Assembly (NCBI GenBank): GCA_038207335.1
Contig: JBBQZX010000034.1
Location: 1 to 51,076, forward strand
Direction: 5' to 3'
DNA from: Chthoniobacterales bacterium
GTDB lineage: Bacteria; Verrucomicrobiota; Verrucomicrobiia; Chthoniobacterales; Chthoniobacteraceae
DNA: 51,076 nucleotides
The notes under the pieces are model-generated. The model was not told the origin of the DNA. It made no database searches and saw only the letters and a program-made list of their open reading frames with translations. This document shows positions 25,475-35,411 of this stretch, piece by piece; position 1 is the first letter of the stretch; every line of letters begins with the position of its first letter. The translations under genes were made by a program, and so were the position numbers.

Positions 25475-26377
25475 ATGATTCGGCTCGTCGCGCTGCTCGG
25501 CATCTCCGCGGCACTCTCTATTTTCCATGCCAAGGCCGCTCCGCGCGAGATCGTCGTCTGCGAATACAACGTCGAAAATTACGTCAGCGAGGACGTGACT
25601 TCTGGAAACCCGCGGCGGGCAAGAGCGAAATCCGAACGCGCCATCGATGCGCTCGTTCGCGTCATCAAGGAGATCAACCCCGACATCCTCGGCGTCTGCG
25701 AGATGGGCTCTCAGGAACGCTTCGCGGACTTTCTCGCGCGTCTAAAAAACGCCGGCCTTGGATACGTCGAATCGGAATACGTCACAGGCCCAGACCCCGA
25801 CCGGCACCTCGCGCTCGTCAGCCGATTTCCGATCGTCGCGCGCGAGTCGGTCTCCGACGTTCCATTTTCCATCGACGGCACACCGCAGAAAATGCGGCGC
25901 GGAATTCTCGACGTAACCATCCAAATCAATCCGTCCTACGCGCTCCGAATGGTCGGCGTGCATCTCAAGAGCAAACTCGTCGCGCTCGAGGACGATTCGC
26001 TCATTCGCCGTCACGAGGCGCTCCTGCTCCGCACGCATCTCGACGAAATCCTCGCTGCAAATCCGAGCACGAACCTCATCTGCTACGGTGACTTCAACGA
26101 TCTCAAAAACGAACCCGCGCTTCACGAAATCACCGGTGCGCGCGGAGCGCCAAATTACATGACCGAACTGCTCGCGCGCGATCCCCTCGGCGACCGCTGG
26201 ACGCACTATTGGAGCGCCGCCGACGTGTATTCGCGCATCGATTACATTTTCGCCAGCCGCGGACTTTCTCGCGAAATCGTGAAAGACAAATCGCTCGTCT
26301 ATCGCTCCGATTTTTGGAACGAGGCAAGCGATCACCGCCCAGTCTTCACGAGCATTATCCCGGAAGACCGGCGGTGA
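25475..26377 (+). CDS. Secreted endonuclease/exonuclease/phosphatase family protein
   Basis: YNVENY, PDILGVCE, VHLKSK, GDFND, RIDYIF, ASDHRPV; signal peptide. Confidence 0.9.
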   Translation: MIRLVALLGISAALSIFHAKAAPREIVVCEYNVENYVSEDVTSGNPRRARAKSERAIDALVRVIKEINPDILGVCEMGSQERFADFLARLKNAGLGYVESEYVTGPDPDRHLALVSRFPIVARESVSDVPFSIDGTPQKMRRGILDVTIQINPSYALRMVGVHLKSKLVALEDDSLIRRHEALLLRTHLDEILAANPSTNLICYGDFNDLKNEPALHEITGARGAPNYMTELLARDPLGDRWTHYWSAADVYSRIDYIFASRGLSREIVKDKSLVYRSDFWNEASDHRPVFTSIIPEDRR

Positions 26378-26392
26378 TTCCCGCTCTCGCGC

Positions 26393-26869
26393 CTACTGCA
26401 GGACCTTCTCGATGTCCGCCTCTTTCATCGCCATCGGGTGCCCTTCCCAAACAATCTCCCCGGTTTTGTTCACGAGCACGGCGTGCGGGATTCCCTCGAT
26501 CCCAAACGCCTTGTTCAACTTGCCGTTCCTGTCCGTCGCGACCGCGTAATCCATCGGCAGCGTTTTCGTGAATTGGCGGATCGTCTGGTTGTCCTCATCC
26601 GTCACGCCAATGACCACGAGTCCTTTGTCCTTGTACTTTTTGTAGATCTCGTTCAGGTGCGGAATGCTCTGCTTACACGGCCCGCACCAAGTCGCCCAAA
26701 ACTCCACGATCATCGGCTTTCCGGCGTAATCCGGCTTCGCCTTCACGTAGTCGAGTTTCAGTTCCGGCAGCTTCTGCCCGACCATCGATTTCGAAGCCGC
26801 AGCCCAGCAGGTGACGGTCGCGCCGATCGCCAGTGCTGCTGCCAGTGTGAGAGAAGTAAGTCGTTTCAT
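26393..26869 (-). CDS. TlpA-family thiol:disulfide oxidoreductase
   Basis: VEFWATWCGPC, GIP cis-Pro loop, signal peptide. Confidence 0.93.
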   Translation of the reverse strand: MKRLTSLTLAAALAIGATVTCWAAASKSMVGQKLPELKLDYVKAKPDYAGKPMIVEFWATWCGPCKQSIPHLNEIYKKYKDKGLVVIGVTDEDNQTIRQFTKTLPMDYAVATDRNGKLNKAFGIEGIPHAVLVNKTGEIVWEGHPMAMKEADIEKVLQ

Positions 26870-26957
26870 AGGATTTCAATGTCGTGCCGAGACGACACGC
26901 CCGTCAACCCGGTGCACCGTTGCCCGATTCCGCATTTTGAGGAAAAGTCGCGTCCTT

Positions 26958-27986
26958 ATGCCCCGCTCACTTCTCCGATTCGCGACCGCACTTCTCCTTG
27001 TGTTGCCCATCCGCGGGTGGGCCGGAAGCGCCGAAGAGGATTGGGCAAAAGTCACTGCGCTCGACGCAGGCCCCAAGTCCACGCAGGGCGACGCGCGCGG
27101 CGTCGCCGCCGCCCATCTTGATCGGCAGGAAAATGCGTTGCGAAGCTTTCTATCGGAGCACGGCGGAGATGCTCACGCGTTCGAGGCAGGGATTCGACTT
27201 GCGCGGTTGCTGCAAATCCGCGGCGGGATTGAAGGCTCGCGCAAGGCATTTGAAGACGCTGCGCACATCCTCGATTCGCTGGCAAAAAGCGCGACGCCCG
27301 AGCAGCGCGTCGAGGTCGATTTCGCGCGCGTCACATTTCTCATGCGCACCCTCAGCCCCGGCAGCACGCAGGGACGCGACCGCCTGCTCGCGGCCGCACG
27401 CAATTTCCAACACGCGCACCCCGATGACCGCCGAGTGGCTCCGCTCCTCGCCGAAGTCTCGTCTTTGTTTCTCCTCCAGCCGCAAACCATGCGCGCTCTG
27501 CTCGACGACGCGGACACCCTAGCCACCGAAACGCACTTGAGAGGACGAATCGCCGACGACCTGCGCCGCATCGATCTCCTCGGCCAACCGGTCACGCTCA
27601 ACTCACAGACCACCGACGGCAAACCATTCGATCTCGAAGACGCGCACGGCTCCATCGTCGCTCTCGTTTTTTTCGCGGCATGGTCGCCGCTCTCCGTCTC
27701 CACACTCGAGACGATGAAGCGCGCGACTGCGCCTTTCAAAGACGTGCGCCTCATTGGCGTGAGTCTCGACTCGGAACTACCGCCACTCACCGCGGCGCTC
27801 CGCGAAAAAGGGATCGCTGATTCAGTCGTGTACGACGGGAAAAGCTGGGAGAGCCCAGCCATCCGTACGCTCGGAATAAACTCGCTCCCTACCGTCTGGC
27901 TGCTTGATCGCAAAGGCCGGCTGCGTTCCCTCGATGGCACGCAATCGACCGCTTCCCAACTCCGGCAGTTGGTCGGCGAGCGATAA
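26958..27986 (+). CDS. Secreted helical protein with a C-terminal TlpA-like thioredoxin fold lacking CxxC
   Basis: LVFFAAWSPLS in place of FWATWCxxC; LIGVSLD; GINSLPTVWLLDRKGRLR. Confidence 0.8.
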   Translation: MPRSLLRFATALLLVLPIRGWAGSAEEDWAKVTALDAGPKSTQGDARGVAAAHLDRQENALRSFLSEHGGDAHAFEAGIRLARLLQIRGGIEGSRKAFEDAAHILDSLAKSATPEQRVEVDFARVTFLMRTLSPGSTQGRDRLLAAARNFQHAHPDDRRVAPLLAEVSSLFLLQPQTMRALLDDADTLATETHLRGRIADDLRRIDLLGQPVTLNSQTTDGKPFDLEDAHGSIVALVFFAAWSPLSVSTLETMKRATAPFKDVRLIGVSLDSELPPLTAALREKGIADSVVYDGKSWESPAIRTLGINSLPTVWLLDRKGRLRSLDGTQSTASQLRQLVGER

Positions 27987-28010
27987 AGGCGGACGGGAAG
28001 AGCCCGCGTC

Positions 28011-28994
28011 CTACCCGCCGACTTCCGCCTTTGCCTCCGCCGCGAGCGCAGTCGAGAGGTAGCGTTCTCCGGTCGAGCACGCGATCGTCACGATCAGCTT
28101 CCCTTTATTCTCGGGCCGCTTCGCCACCTCGATCGCGGCGCAGACATTCGCGCCAGTGCTGATGCCCGCGAGGATCCCCTCCTCTTTCGCCAGCCGCCGC
28201 GCCATCGCAAACGCATCATCGTTGCTAACCTGTACGCACTCCACGATCTGCGGATTTCCCGCCGAATCTTTGAGGTGGAGATTCTGAGGGATGAACCCGG
28301 CACCCGTGCCCTGAATCTTGTGCGGCCCCGGCTTCAGTGGCTCGCCCGCGAGAGCCTGCGAGATGACCGGCGAATCCTTCGGCTCCGCTGCGATCGCCTG
28401 AAAACTCGCCTTCCGCGGATGAATCGCCTCAAAGCAACCCGTGATCGTCCCGCCCGTCCCGACCGCAGACACGACGATGTCCACCTTGCCATCCGTGTCT
28501 TCCCAAATTTCCTCAGCCGTCGTGGTCCGGTGAATCTCCGGATTCGCCGGATTATTGAACTGCTGCGGCATCCATCCACCCGGCGTATTTTTCACCAAAT
28601 CCTCGGCTCGCGAAATCGCGCCTTTCATCCCCTCGCTGCCGGGCGTGAGCACCAGCTTCGCGCCGAGCATCGCGAGCAACGTGCGCCGCTCGAGCGACAT
28701 CGTCTCAGGCATCGTGAGGATCAATTTGTAGCCTTTAGCCGCCGCTACGAATGCCAGCGCGATGCCCGTATTTCCGCTCGTCGGCTCGATGATGACGGTG
28801 TCTTTCGTGAGTTCGCCGCTTTTCTCCGCCGCTTCGATCATCGCCATTCCGATGCGGTCTTTCACGCTCCCGAGTGGATTAAAATATTCGCACTTCAGCG
28901 CGATGGTCGCGTCGAGTCCGGCGGTCACGCGGTTGAGTTTCACGAGGGGCGTGCGGCCCACGGTTTCGACGATGTTATTGTAGATGCGGCCCAT
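28011..28994 (-). CDS. cysK: Cysteine synthase A
   Basis: [33 protein letters not shown]. Confidence 0.96.
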   Translation of the reverse strand: MGRIYNNIVETVGRTPLVKLNRVTAGLDATIALKCEYFNPLGSVKDRIGMAMIEAAEKSGELTKDTVIIEPTSGNTGIALAFVAAAKGYKLILTMPETMSLERRTLLAMLGAKLVLTPGSEGMKGAISRAEDLVKNTPGGWMPQQFNNPANPEIHRTTTAEEIWEDTDGKVDIVVSAVGTGGTITGCFEAIHPRKASFQAIAAEPKDSPVISQALAGEPLKPGPHKIQGTGAGFIPQNLHLKDSAGNPQIVECVQVSNDDAFAMARRLAKEEGILAGISTGANVCAAIEVAKRPENKGKLIVTIACSTGERYLSTALAAEAKAEVGG

Positions 28995-29150
28995 GATTTT
29001 TGTGCAGTTTGTTGTTGAAAAAGGGAGTCCGTTTTACACGCGGCAATTTCGCCGGGCAAGGGCGATCCTGTCAGCGACGAGCGGCGAAAGTTCACGTTTG
29101 CAATGCCGTCTGCCGATGGTAGTTCACCAGCACTCAATACAAACACGACC

Positions 29151-29438
29151 ATGTCCGATTTACTCAACGCCCAAGACATCAAAGACTCAATGAAACGCAT
29201 CCCGGAATGGGATCACGAAAAGAAGCGCATCGAGCGCCTTTTTGAATTCGACGAATTTTCCGAGGCGATCGATTTCGTGAACAGCGTCGCTGAAATCTCG
29301 GAAGAAGATGAGCACCACCCGGACATCGACATCCGCTTTAACAAAGTGAAGCTGGCCCTCTCGACTCACAGCGAGGGTGGCCTCACCGAGGCCGATTTCG
29401 ATCTCGCGGAGAAAATCGACACGCTCGTGGAGGGGTAA
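29151..29438 (+). CDS. phhB: Pterin-4-alpha-carbinolamine dehydratase
   Basis: EHHPDIDI, LSTHSEGGLTEADFDLAEKID. Confidence 0.93.
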   Translation: MSDLLNAQDIKDSMKRIPEWDHEKKRIERLFEFDEFSEAIDFVNSVAEISEEDEHHPDIDIRFNKVKLALSTHSEGGLTEADFDLAEKIDTLVEG

Positions 29439-29446
29439 CCCGCGCG

Positions 29447-29575
29447 ATGCCCGACGCGCGCCGGCAAATCCTCAGCGCCCTCGCGGTGCTCACGATCGTT
29501 GCCTCGCTCTGGGCCTTCATCGAATGGCGGAGCGCGCCGCCGCCACCGCACGCCGCGGTGGCCGCGCCGCGATGA
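29447..29575 (+). CDS. Small single-TM hypothetical protein (42 aa)
   Basis: MPDARRQILSALAVLTIVASLWAFIEWRSAPPPPHAAVAAPR; ATG 8 nt after the phhB stop. Confidence 0.45.
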   Translation: MPDARRQILSALAVLTIVASLWAFIEWRSAPPPPHAAVAAPR

Positions 29576-29590
29576 AAAACGCCGCCCACC

Positions 29591-29642
29591 CGAGTAGCGG
29601 CTTGAGCACGAGGAACGCGACTCGTCCTCGTCCTCCTACTCG
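29591..29642. repeat. Imperfect palindromic (REP-like) intergenic element
   Basis: CGAGTAG...CTACTCG enclosing ACGAGGA...TCCTCGT; contains CTCGTCCTCGTCCTC. Confidence 0.45.
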
Positions 29643-29679
29643 ATTCCGCCGATCGCGGACGCGCCGTATCGGCTGACCC

Positions 29680-30657
29680 ATGCCAGACGTCCATCTACAG
29701 CAGGCGGTCAGTTCCTCCATGCGGACGGACTTTCCCCTGCTCCGCAGCGGCATGACCGTCGATCAGGCCCTCGCCGTCATTCGCGAGAAGGGCGTCGGCG
29801 AGCGCATCATCTATTTCTACGTCGTGGAGCCCGACGACCGCCTCGCCGGCGTCCTCCCGACCCGCCGGCTCCTCACAGCTCAGCCCGATGCGCTCGTCGC
29901 CGAACTCATGCTCCGCCGCGTCGTTGCCATCCCGCAGACCGCCACGCTCCTCGATGCATGCGACCTTTTCGTCCTTCACAAATTCTTCGCGTTTCCCGTC
30001 ATCGACGAAAAACGGCGCGTCGTCGGCATAATCGACATCGGCTTTTTCACTGCCGAAGTCCTCGACCTCGCTGAGCCCGACAAAAGCGACGATGTCTTCG
30101 AGGCCATCGGATTCCGAATCTCGCAGGTGCGAGGAGCCTCGCCGTGGAAAGCCTTTCAATACCGCTTCCCTTGGCTCCTCGCCACGATCGCCAGCGGCAC
30201 TGCGGGAGCGCTGCTCGCGGGCGTGTTCGAGGCCACGCTCGCCCGCGCCCTTGTCGTCACATTTTTCCTCGCACTCGTCCTCGCACTCGCGGAGTCCGTA
30301 AGCATCCAGTCGATGACCCTCACGCTCCAGGCGCTCCATACTTCAAAGCCGACCCTCCGCTGGTTCATCACCACCGCGCGCCGCGAACTCCTCACAGCGC
30401 TTCTGCTCGCCGCTGGCTGCGGCACGCTTGTCTTCCTTGTCGTCCTCATTTGGCGCCGCGCGTTCACCTCCTCGGCAGTCATCGGCGGCACCATCCTCGG
30501 CTCTGTCATCATCGCCTGCCTCGCCGGCCTCGCCATCCCATCGCTCCTCCACGCGCTGAAGCTCGACCCAAAAATCGCCGCCGGCCCCATTACCCTCGCC
30601 GCCGCAGACATCCTCACACTCCTGCTCTACTTTTCTCTCGCGAGCTGGCTTTTGTAG
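29680..30657 (+). CDS. mgtE: MgtE-family magnesium transporter (CBS pair plus TM domain, short N-terminus)
   Basis: IYFYVVE..DRLAGVL, RFPWLL, LDPKIAAGPITLAAADI. Confidence 0.88.
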   Translation: MPDVHLQQAVSSSMRTDFPLLRSGMTVDQALAVIREKGVGERIIYFYVVEPDDRLAGVLPTRRLLTAQPDALVAELMLRRVVAIPQTATLLDACDLFVLHKFFAFPVIDEKRRVVGIIDIGFFTAEVLDLAEPDKSDDVFEAIGFRISQVRGASPWKAFQYRFPWLLATIASGTAGALLAGVFEATLARALVVTFFLALVLALAESVSIQSMTLTLQALHTSKPTLRWFITTARRELLTALLLAAGCGTLVFLVVLIWRRAFTSSAVIGGTILGSVIIACLAGLAIPSLLHALKLDPKIAAGPITLAAADILTLLLYFSLASWLL

Positions 30658-30711
30658 AAAAACGCACGCCTCTGCTCTCTCAACACTCAACTCCGAAACT
30701 CTCACCTCCCC

Positions 30712-31365
30712 ATGCATCCGATCGTCGTCGCCCCATCCATCCTCGCCTGCGATTTCGGTCATCTCCACGACGAAGTCCGCCGCGCTGAATCTGCGGGTGC
30801 CGACTGGCTCCACCTCGACATCATGGACGGGCATTTCGTGGACAACATTTCCTTCGGTTCCGCGTTTGTCGATGCCACCGCGGCCGCCGCCAGCATCCCC
30901 ATCGACGTGCATCTTATGATCGAGCGACCCGACCACTTTTTTTCCCGCTACACCCACAGCGCGCGTAACATCACCGTGCACGTCGAGGCCCGACACGACG
31001 TCGCAAATACGCTCGCCGCAATCCGCACCGCCGGCTGCACCTGCGGCCTCTCGCTCAAGCCCTCCACGCCATTCGAGGACGTCGTCCCATTCCTCGACCA
31101 GATCGACTTGCTCCTCGTGATGACGGTCGTCCCCGGCTTCGGCGGCCAAGCTTTCATGCCCGAAATGATGGCAAAAGTGCGAGCCGCCGCGGAGTCACGC
31201 ACCGCGCTCGGCTTCAAATACCGCATCCAAGTCGATGGCGGTATCAACGCCAGCACAGCCGCCACATCGATCGCCGGAGGTGCCGACACACTCGTCGTTG
31301 GCACCTATTCCTTCAATGCCCCCGACATGTCCGAGGCCATCCGCACCCTGCGCCCCGCGAGCTGA
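30712..31365 (+). CDS. rpe: Ribulose-phosphate 3-epimerase
   Basis: APSILACDF, HLDIMDGHFVDNISFG, DVHLMI, MTVVPGFGGQ, VDGGIN. Confidence 0.96.
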   Translation: MHPIVVAPSILACDFGHLHDEVRRAESAGADWLHLDIMDGHFVDNISFGSAFVDATAAAASIPIDVHLMIERPDHFFSRYTHSARNITVHVEARHDVANTLAAIRTAGCTCGLSLKPSTPFEDVVPFLDQIDLLLVMTVVPGFGGQAFMPEMMAKVRAAAESRTALGFKYRIQVDGGINASTAATSIAGGADTLVVGTYSFNAPDMSEAIRTLRPAS

Positions 31366-31366
31366 T

Positions 31367-32596
31367 TCACTGCGCGCTTTTCTCGCTGGAACTCGGAGCG
31401 ACTCCGAAATGTGTCAGCGCTTCACCCACCAGGAAAAGCGAACCGGTTACAAGCACTCGCTCATCGACTGAGACAGCGCGCGTGAGCACCTCCGTCAAAT
31501 CCTCCATCGCTTCGCAATCCGCTTCTCCGCTTGATTCGCGGACGATCGCCGCGAGCTCCCCCGCCATAGTTGTCCGCTCGTTTTTCACCGGCACGGTGAA
31601 AACTCGTGCCGCAATCGGCAGCAGCGCCTCGCAGATTCCGCGCACATCTTTGTCCCGCAAGATGCCGAGCACAATCGTCACTTTCTCGTCGCCGAAAATC
31701 TCGCGCCACGTCTCCACGAGCCGCCGTGCAGCCGCCGGGTTGTGCGCTCCATCCAGCACAAATCGTCCCCCGACTGTTTGAAAACGCCCCGGCCAATTCA
31801 CCATCGCAAGCCCGCGCACGGCCGCCCCACGCGTCACTTCCACACCCGCGAGTTCCAGCGCTCGCAACGCAAGCGCCGCATTCCAGCGCTGATGACTCCC
31901 GGCAAGATTCACCGCGCATTCGATCTCAGGCTTGGTGACTAGATGCAGCGCCGCACCACATTCTGAAGCCGCGCGCGAAAGCACGGCATGAACCTCCACG
32001 CACTGCTGCAATGTGACCACGGGCACGTCCGGCTTGGTGATCCCCGCCTTTTCACCCGCGATCGCCGCGATCGAATCGCCGAGCCATTGCTGATGATCCA
32101 TCGCAATCGGCGTGATCACGCTCACCGCCGGCTTCACCACGTTCGTGGCATCGAGCCGCCCGCCCATCCCCGTCTCCAGCACCGCAACCTGCACTCTGCG
32201 CCGCTGAAAGTGCGCCAGCGCGAGCGCCGTCGTGATTTCAAAAAACGTCATCGCCGGCTCCCACTGCTCAATCACGTTGCGAATCTCGGTCAGCCCCGTC
32301 GCGACCTCCTCTTCCGAAATCATTTCGGCGTCCACGCGGATGCGTTCGCGAAAAGTCACGAGATGCGGCGACGTGAACAGCCCAGCCTTCACACTCGCCG
32401 CCCGCAAAACCGCATCGAGCATCGCGCACACCGATCCCTTCCCATTCGTCCCGGCGACGTGCAAAAACTTCATCGTCGGCCCCGATTCCAGCCGCACTCC
32501 AAGCGCCTCGCACAGCCGCCGGATATTTCCCAACCCAAGTTTGATCCCGTGCATTTGCGTCGCGTAAAGCCACGCCACGGACTCCTCGTAATTCAT
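31367..32596 (-). CDS. folC: Folylpolyglutamate synthase/dihydrofolate synthase
   Basis: HVAGTNGKGS, FTSPHL, ETGMGGRLDATNV, WPGRF, LDGAHN, TGSLFLVGE. Confidence 0.96.
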   Translation of the reverse strand: MNYEESVAWLYATQMHGIKLGLGNIRRLCEALGVRLESGPTMKFLHVAGTNGKGSVCAMLDAVLRAASVKAGLFTSPHLVTFRERIRVDAEMISEEEVATGLTEIRNVIEQWEPAMTFFEITTALALAHFQRRRVQVAVLETGMGGRLDATNVVKPAVSVITPIAMDHQQWLGDSIAAIAGEKAGITKPDVPVVTLQQCVEVHAVLSRAASECGAALHLVTKPEIECAVNLAGSHQRWNAALALRALELAGVEVTRGAAVRGLAMVNWPGRFQTVGGRFVLDGAHNPAAARRLVETWREIFGDEKVTIVLGILRDKDVRGICEALLPIAARVFTVPVKNERTTMAGELAAIVRESSGEADCEAMEDLTEVLTRAVSVDERVLVTGSLFLVGEALTHFGVAPSSSEKSAQ

Positions 32597-32621
32597 CGAA
32601 ATCGCGGAAACGCGACCACGC

Positions 32622-33476
32622 TCACGGCGCCGATTTTTTCTTCTCGGGTGCGAGATACGCGATGAGATCGCTCAACCGCTCACGCATCTTCTTGCGGTGC
32701 ACAATCATGTCGATGAGACCGTGCTCCTCGAGGAATTCGGATGTCTGAAACTCTTGCGGCAAGTCCTGATGCGTCGTCTCGCGGATCACGCGCGGCCCCG
32801 CAAAGCCGATCATCGCTTTTGGCTCCGCAATATTCACATCGCCCACAGTCGCAAAACTCGCACTGACACCGCCCGTTGTGGGATGCGTCATCACGGAGAA
32901 ATACGGCAGCCCAGCCTGGGCGTGCAGAGCCAGCGCGCCGCACGTCTTCGCCATCTGCATGAGGCTCAACACGCCCTCATACATCCGTGCTCCACCGGAG
33001 GCGGAAAAGATGATCACCGGCAGTCGTTCGGTGCTGCCGTACTCCACGATGCGAGCCAATTTCTCCCCCACGACCGAGCCCATCGTCGCCGCGATGAAAT
33101 TAAAATCCATCACCGCGATCGCCACGCCGCGACCGTCGATTTTGCCGGAACCGGTGATTACCGCGTCCTTTAGTCCGGTCTTTTTTTGGTAACTTTTCAG
33201 CCGCTCCGTGTAACTCGCCATCCCCGTGAATTTCAGCGTATCGACCGAAACCATGGCCGCGTCGTGCTCGCGAAAACTCTTCTCGTCCAGCAACTGCGCG
33301 ATCCTCTCGCGCGCGCCGAGCGTGAAGTGATGATCGCATTTCGGGCAGACGCGCAAATTCTGCACGAGTTCGAGATTGTGGATCACTTCGCCGCAACTTG
33401 GGCACTTCTGCCAGAGCCCTTCGGGCACCTCGCGCTTCATCTCTGAGGTGAATGTCGGTTTTGAAAAAATGCCCAT
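32622..33476 (-). CDS. accD: Acetyl-CoA carboxylase carboxyltransferase beta subunit
   Basis: GLWQKCPSC...VCPKC zinc finger, SGGARM, PTTGGVSASFA, IGFAGPRVI. Confidence 0.96.
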   Translation of the reverse strand: MGIFSKPTFTSEMKREVPEGLWQKCPSCGEVIHNLELVQNLRVCPKCDHHFTLGARERIAQLLDEKSFREHDAAMVSVDTLKFTGMASYTERLKSYQKKTGLKDAVITGSGKIDGRGVAIAVMDFNFIAATMGSVVGEKLARIVEYGSTERLPVIIFSASGGARMYEGVLSLMQMAKTCGALALHAQAGLPYFSVMTHPTTGGVSASFATVGDVNIAEPKAMIGFAGPRVIRETTHQDLPQEFQTSEFLEEHGLIDMIVHRKKMRERLSDLIAYLAPEKKKSAP

Positions 33477-33493
33477 GTCAGAGAGTGGAGAAA

Positions 33494-34225
33494 TCAGCCG
33501 CGCGCCACGGTGATGACGCGGACGGATGCCGCGCCGGCGACGCGGAGAACGCGCGCGCACTCATCCACCGTCGAACCGGTGGTGAAGACGTCGTCCACGA
33601 GGATCAAATGGCGGCCAATCACGCGCGAAGTCTGGCGCACGCGAAACGCCCCGCGCAAGTTTTCCATGCGCTCGTGGCGGTCGAGCCGTGTCTGCGTCGA
33701 GGTGTAGCGAATGCGCCGCAGGCAATGCAGGATGGGCATCCCCGAGCGAGTGACCAGCAGCCGCGCGAGAACTTCCGCCTGGTTGAATTCGCGCTCGCGA
33801 AAACGCGCGCTGTGCAGCGGCACCGGCACAAGAAAATCCCCCGGCGTCGCGCGGATGCGCGCGTCGTCGAGTGCAGCAGCGAGCCAATCTGCGAGCTGGT
33901 GGCGGAGAAAAAAATGACCGTCGTACTTAAAGCGATGAATGAACTCGCGCACGACACCCGCGCTCCGAAAATGCGATACGGCGCAATCAAAATGGAAATG
34001 CCTATCGAGGCAATTTGAGCAAGTGAAGGTACCGTCGATGGCGCCCTGAAACGGCTGTGAGCACCGCTCGCAGAATGGAGGCTCAATTGTGCGCGCGCCG
34101 TCCGCGCACTTCGCGCAGAGATGCGCGCCGCCGAGCGTGTCACATTCACACGCCGCGCAGTGCGACGGGTAAAAGAGCGACAGCACCGCGTCACGGATGC
34201 TGCCTGCTGCCGCGCCGATTCTCAT
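33494..34225 (-). CDS. comF: ComF family protein (zinc ribbon plus phosphoribosyltransferase)
   Basis: Four CxxC motifs, VPVPLH..R.RER.FNQA, LVDDVFTTGST. Confidence 0.92.
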   Translation of the reverse strand: MRIGAAAGSIRDAVLSLFYPSHCAACECDTLGGAHLCAKCADGARTIEPPFCERCSQPFQGAIDGTFTCSNCLDRHFHFDCAVSHFRSAGVVREFIHRFKYDGHFFLRHQLADWLAAALDDARIRATPGDFLVPVPLHSARFREREFNQAEVLARLLVTRSGMPILHCLRRIRYTSTQTRLDRHERMENLRGAFRVRQTSRVIGRHLILVDDVFTTGSTVDECARVLRVAGAASVRVITVARG

Positions 34226-35087
34226 TTTCCAAAACCCACCAAACGAATACGCCGGCGAGCGCGAGCACCACGACGGGCACGAGCCCGATTTGCAATTCCG
34301 GCCCGACCCATGGCAGATGCACCGCGTCCCTTTTCGTAAATTTACTGAAGCTCATTTTGACGAAAACCACGCCTGCGTGAAAGCCGATGCTCATCCAGAG
34401 CGCTCGTGTTTTCAACGTTGCCAGACCGAGCACCCAACCAAGCGTGAAAATCGTCGTAAAGCCCGCGAGCAACAGCATTGGCTCCTCGAACGCGCCGAAC
34501 AAACCGGGCACCAACGTGAACCCCGAATACCATTCCACCCTCACGACACCGGTGTCGTTTTCGGCTTTCAGAAAATGGAGGATCGCGAAAATCGCGGTGA
34601 CAAAAAAGAGCGCGGTGAAGGGTCGCAGTGACTTCCGCAGCAGACCGAAAATCGCTCCTCGAAACAGCCCCTCTTCCAGCGCCGCGACCGCGAATGCGCC
34701 GAATACGATCTTCGGAAGCTGGCCCCACGAAAGCTTGTCTTTCCAATGGTAAAAATCGGTCGCGATGTAGATGCCCGCCATGATTGCCACCGCGACCCCT
34801 GCGACCAAAAATCCGGTCAGAAGATGCCGCAGCCAGTACGGGTCAGGTTGGAGACCGAGATCTGCGCGACCGCCCGCCCCGATCCAGAGAATCGCCGGCC
34901 AGAGAAGCAGGATCGCAGCAACGAGAACCGCGCGGCGGAAAAATTTCTCGAACGGCACCTCCGACAGAAAGGTGAGTGAGCCGCTGCCAGCGACTGCGTT
35001 TCCCGCCCAGAAAAGCAGCGGGGCAAGCAGCGCTCCGAGCAGGATGAGCGCGGCGAAATATGCGAGGATTTTGGCGAGGTCTTTCAA
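34191..35087 (-). CDS. CPBP (Abi/CAAX protease-like) intramembrane metalloprotease
   Basis: EEGLFRG, FAILHF, LWMSIGFHAG; multiple TM segments. Confidence 0.9.
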   Translation of the reverse strand: MKDLAKILAYFAALILLGALLAPLLFWAGNAVAGSGSLTFLSEVPFEKFFRRAVLVAAILLLWPAILWIGAGGRADLGLQPDPYWLRHLLTGFLVAGVAVAIMAGIYIATDFYHWKDKLSWGQLPKIVFGAFAVAALEEGLFRGAIFGLLRKSLRPFTALFFVTAIFAILHFLKAENDTGVVRVEWYSGFTLVPGLFGAFEEPMLLLAGFTTIFTLGWVLGLATLKTRALWMSIGFHAGVVFVKMSFSKFTKRDAVHLPWVGPELQIGLVPVVVLALAGVFVWWVLENENRRGSRQHP

Positions 35088-35138
35088 GGAAAGTGCGTAT
35101 TCTCCCGCACCTTTTTGACCTCACCCAGCGAAAACAAA

Positions 35139-35411
35139 ATGCGCAACACACACGTTTGGAAGATGATGACCGAAGACGGGCAAAAACGCGAAGTGCGCGC
35201 GGAGAAGTTCGGCAAAAAATGGCGCATCCAGGCGAAATGCAAAGACGACTACGGCTGGACTTATTACGACACCCCTCTGCTCCACGACGTGATCGATCTG
35301 CACGACGTGCTCTGGCGGAAATATCAGCGCAAGCATCTCGCCTATGAAGACATCGCGGCGATCGAGCAGATGATCACCGACCTCGGCGGCGAAGTGCCAA
35401 AGTATGACTGA
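35139..35411 (+). CDS. Hypothetical protein (90 aa)
   Basis: MRNTHVWKMMTEDGQKREVRAEKFGKKWRIQ...; globular composition; overlaps the bioA start by 8 nt. Confidence 0.75.
   Translation: MRNTHVWKMMTEDGQKREVRAEKFGKKWRIQAKCKDDYGWTYYDTPLLHDVIDLHDVLWRKYQRKHLAYEDIAAIEQMITDLGGEVPKYD

Noticed and set aside
34191..35087. CPBP/Abi protein as a phage-defence gene
   Set aside because: This family is a membrane protease family, here embedded in a housekeeping run (comF-accD-folC); there is no defence context.
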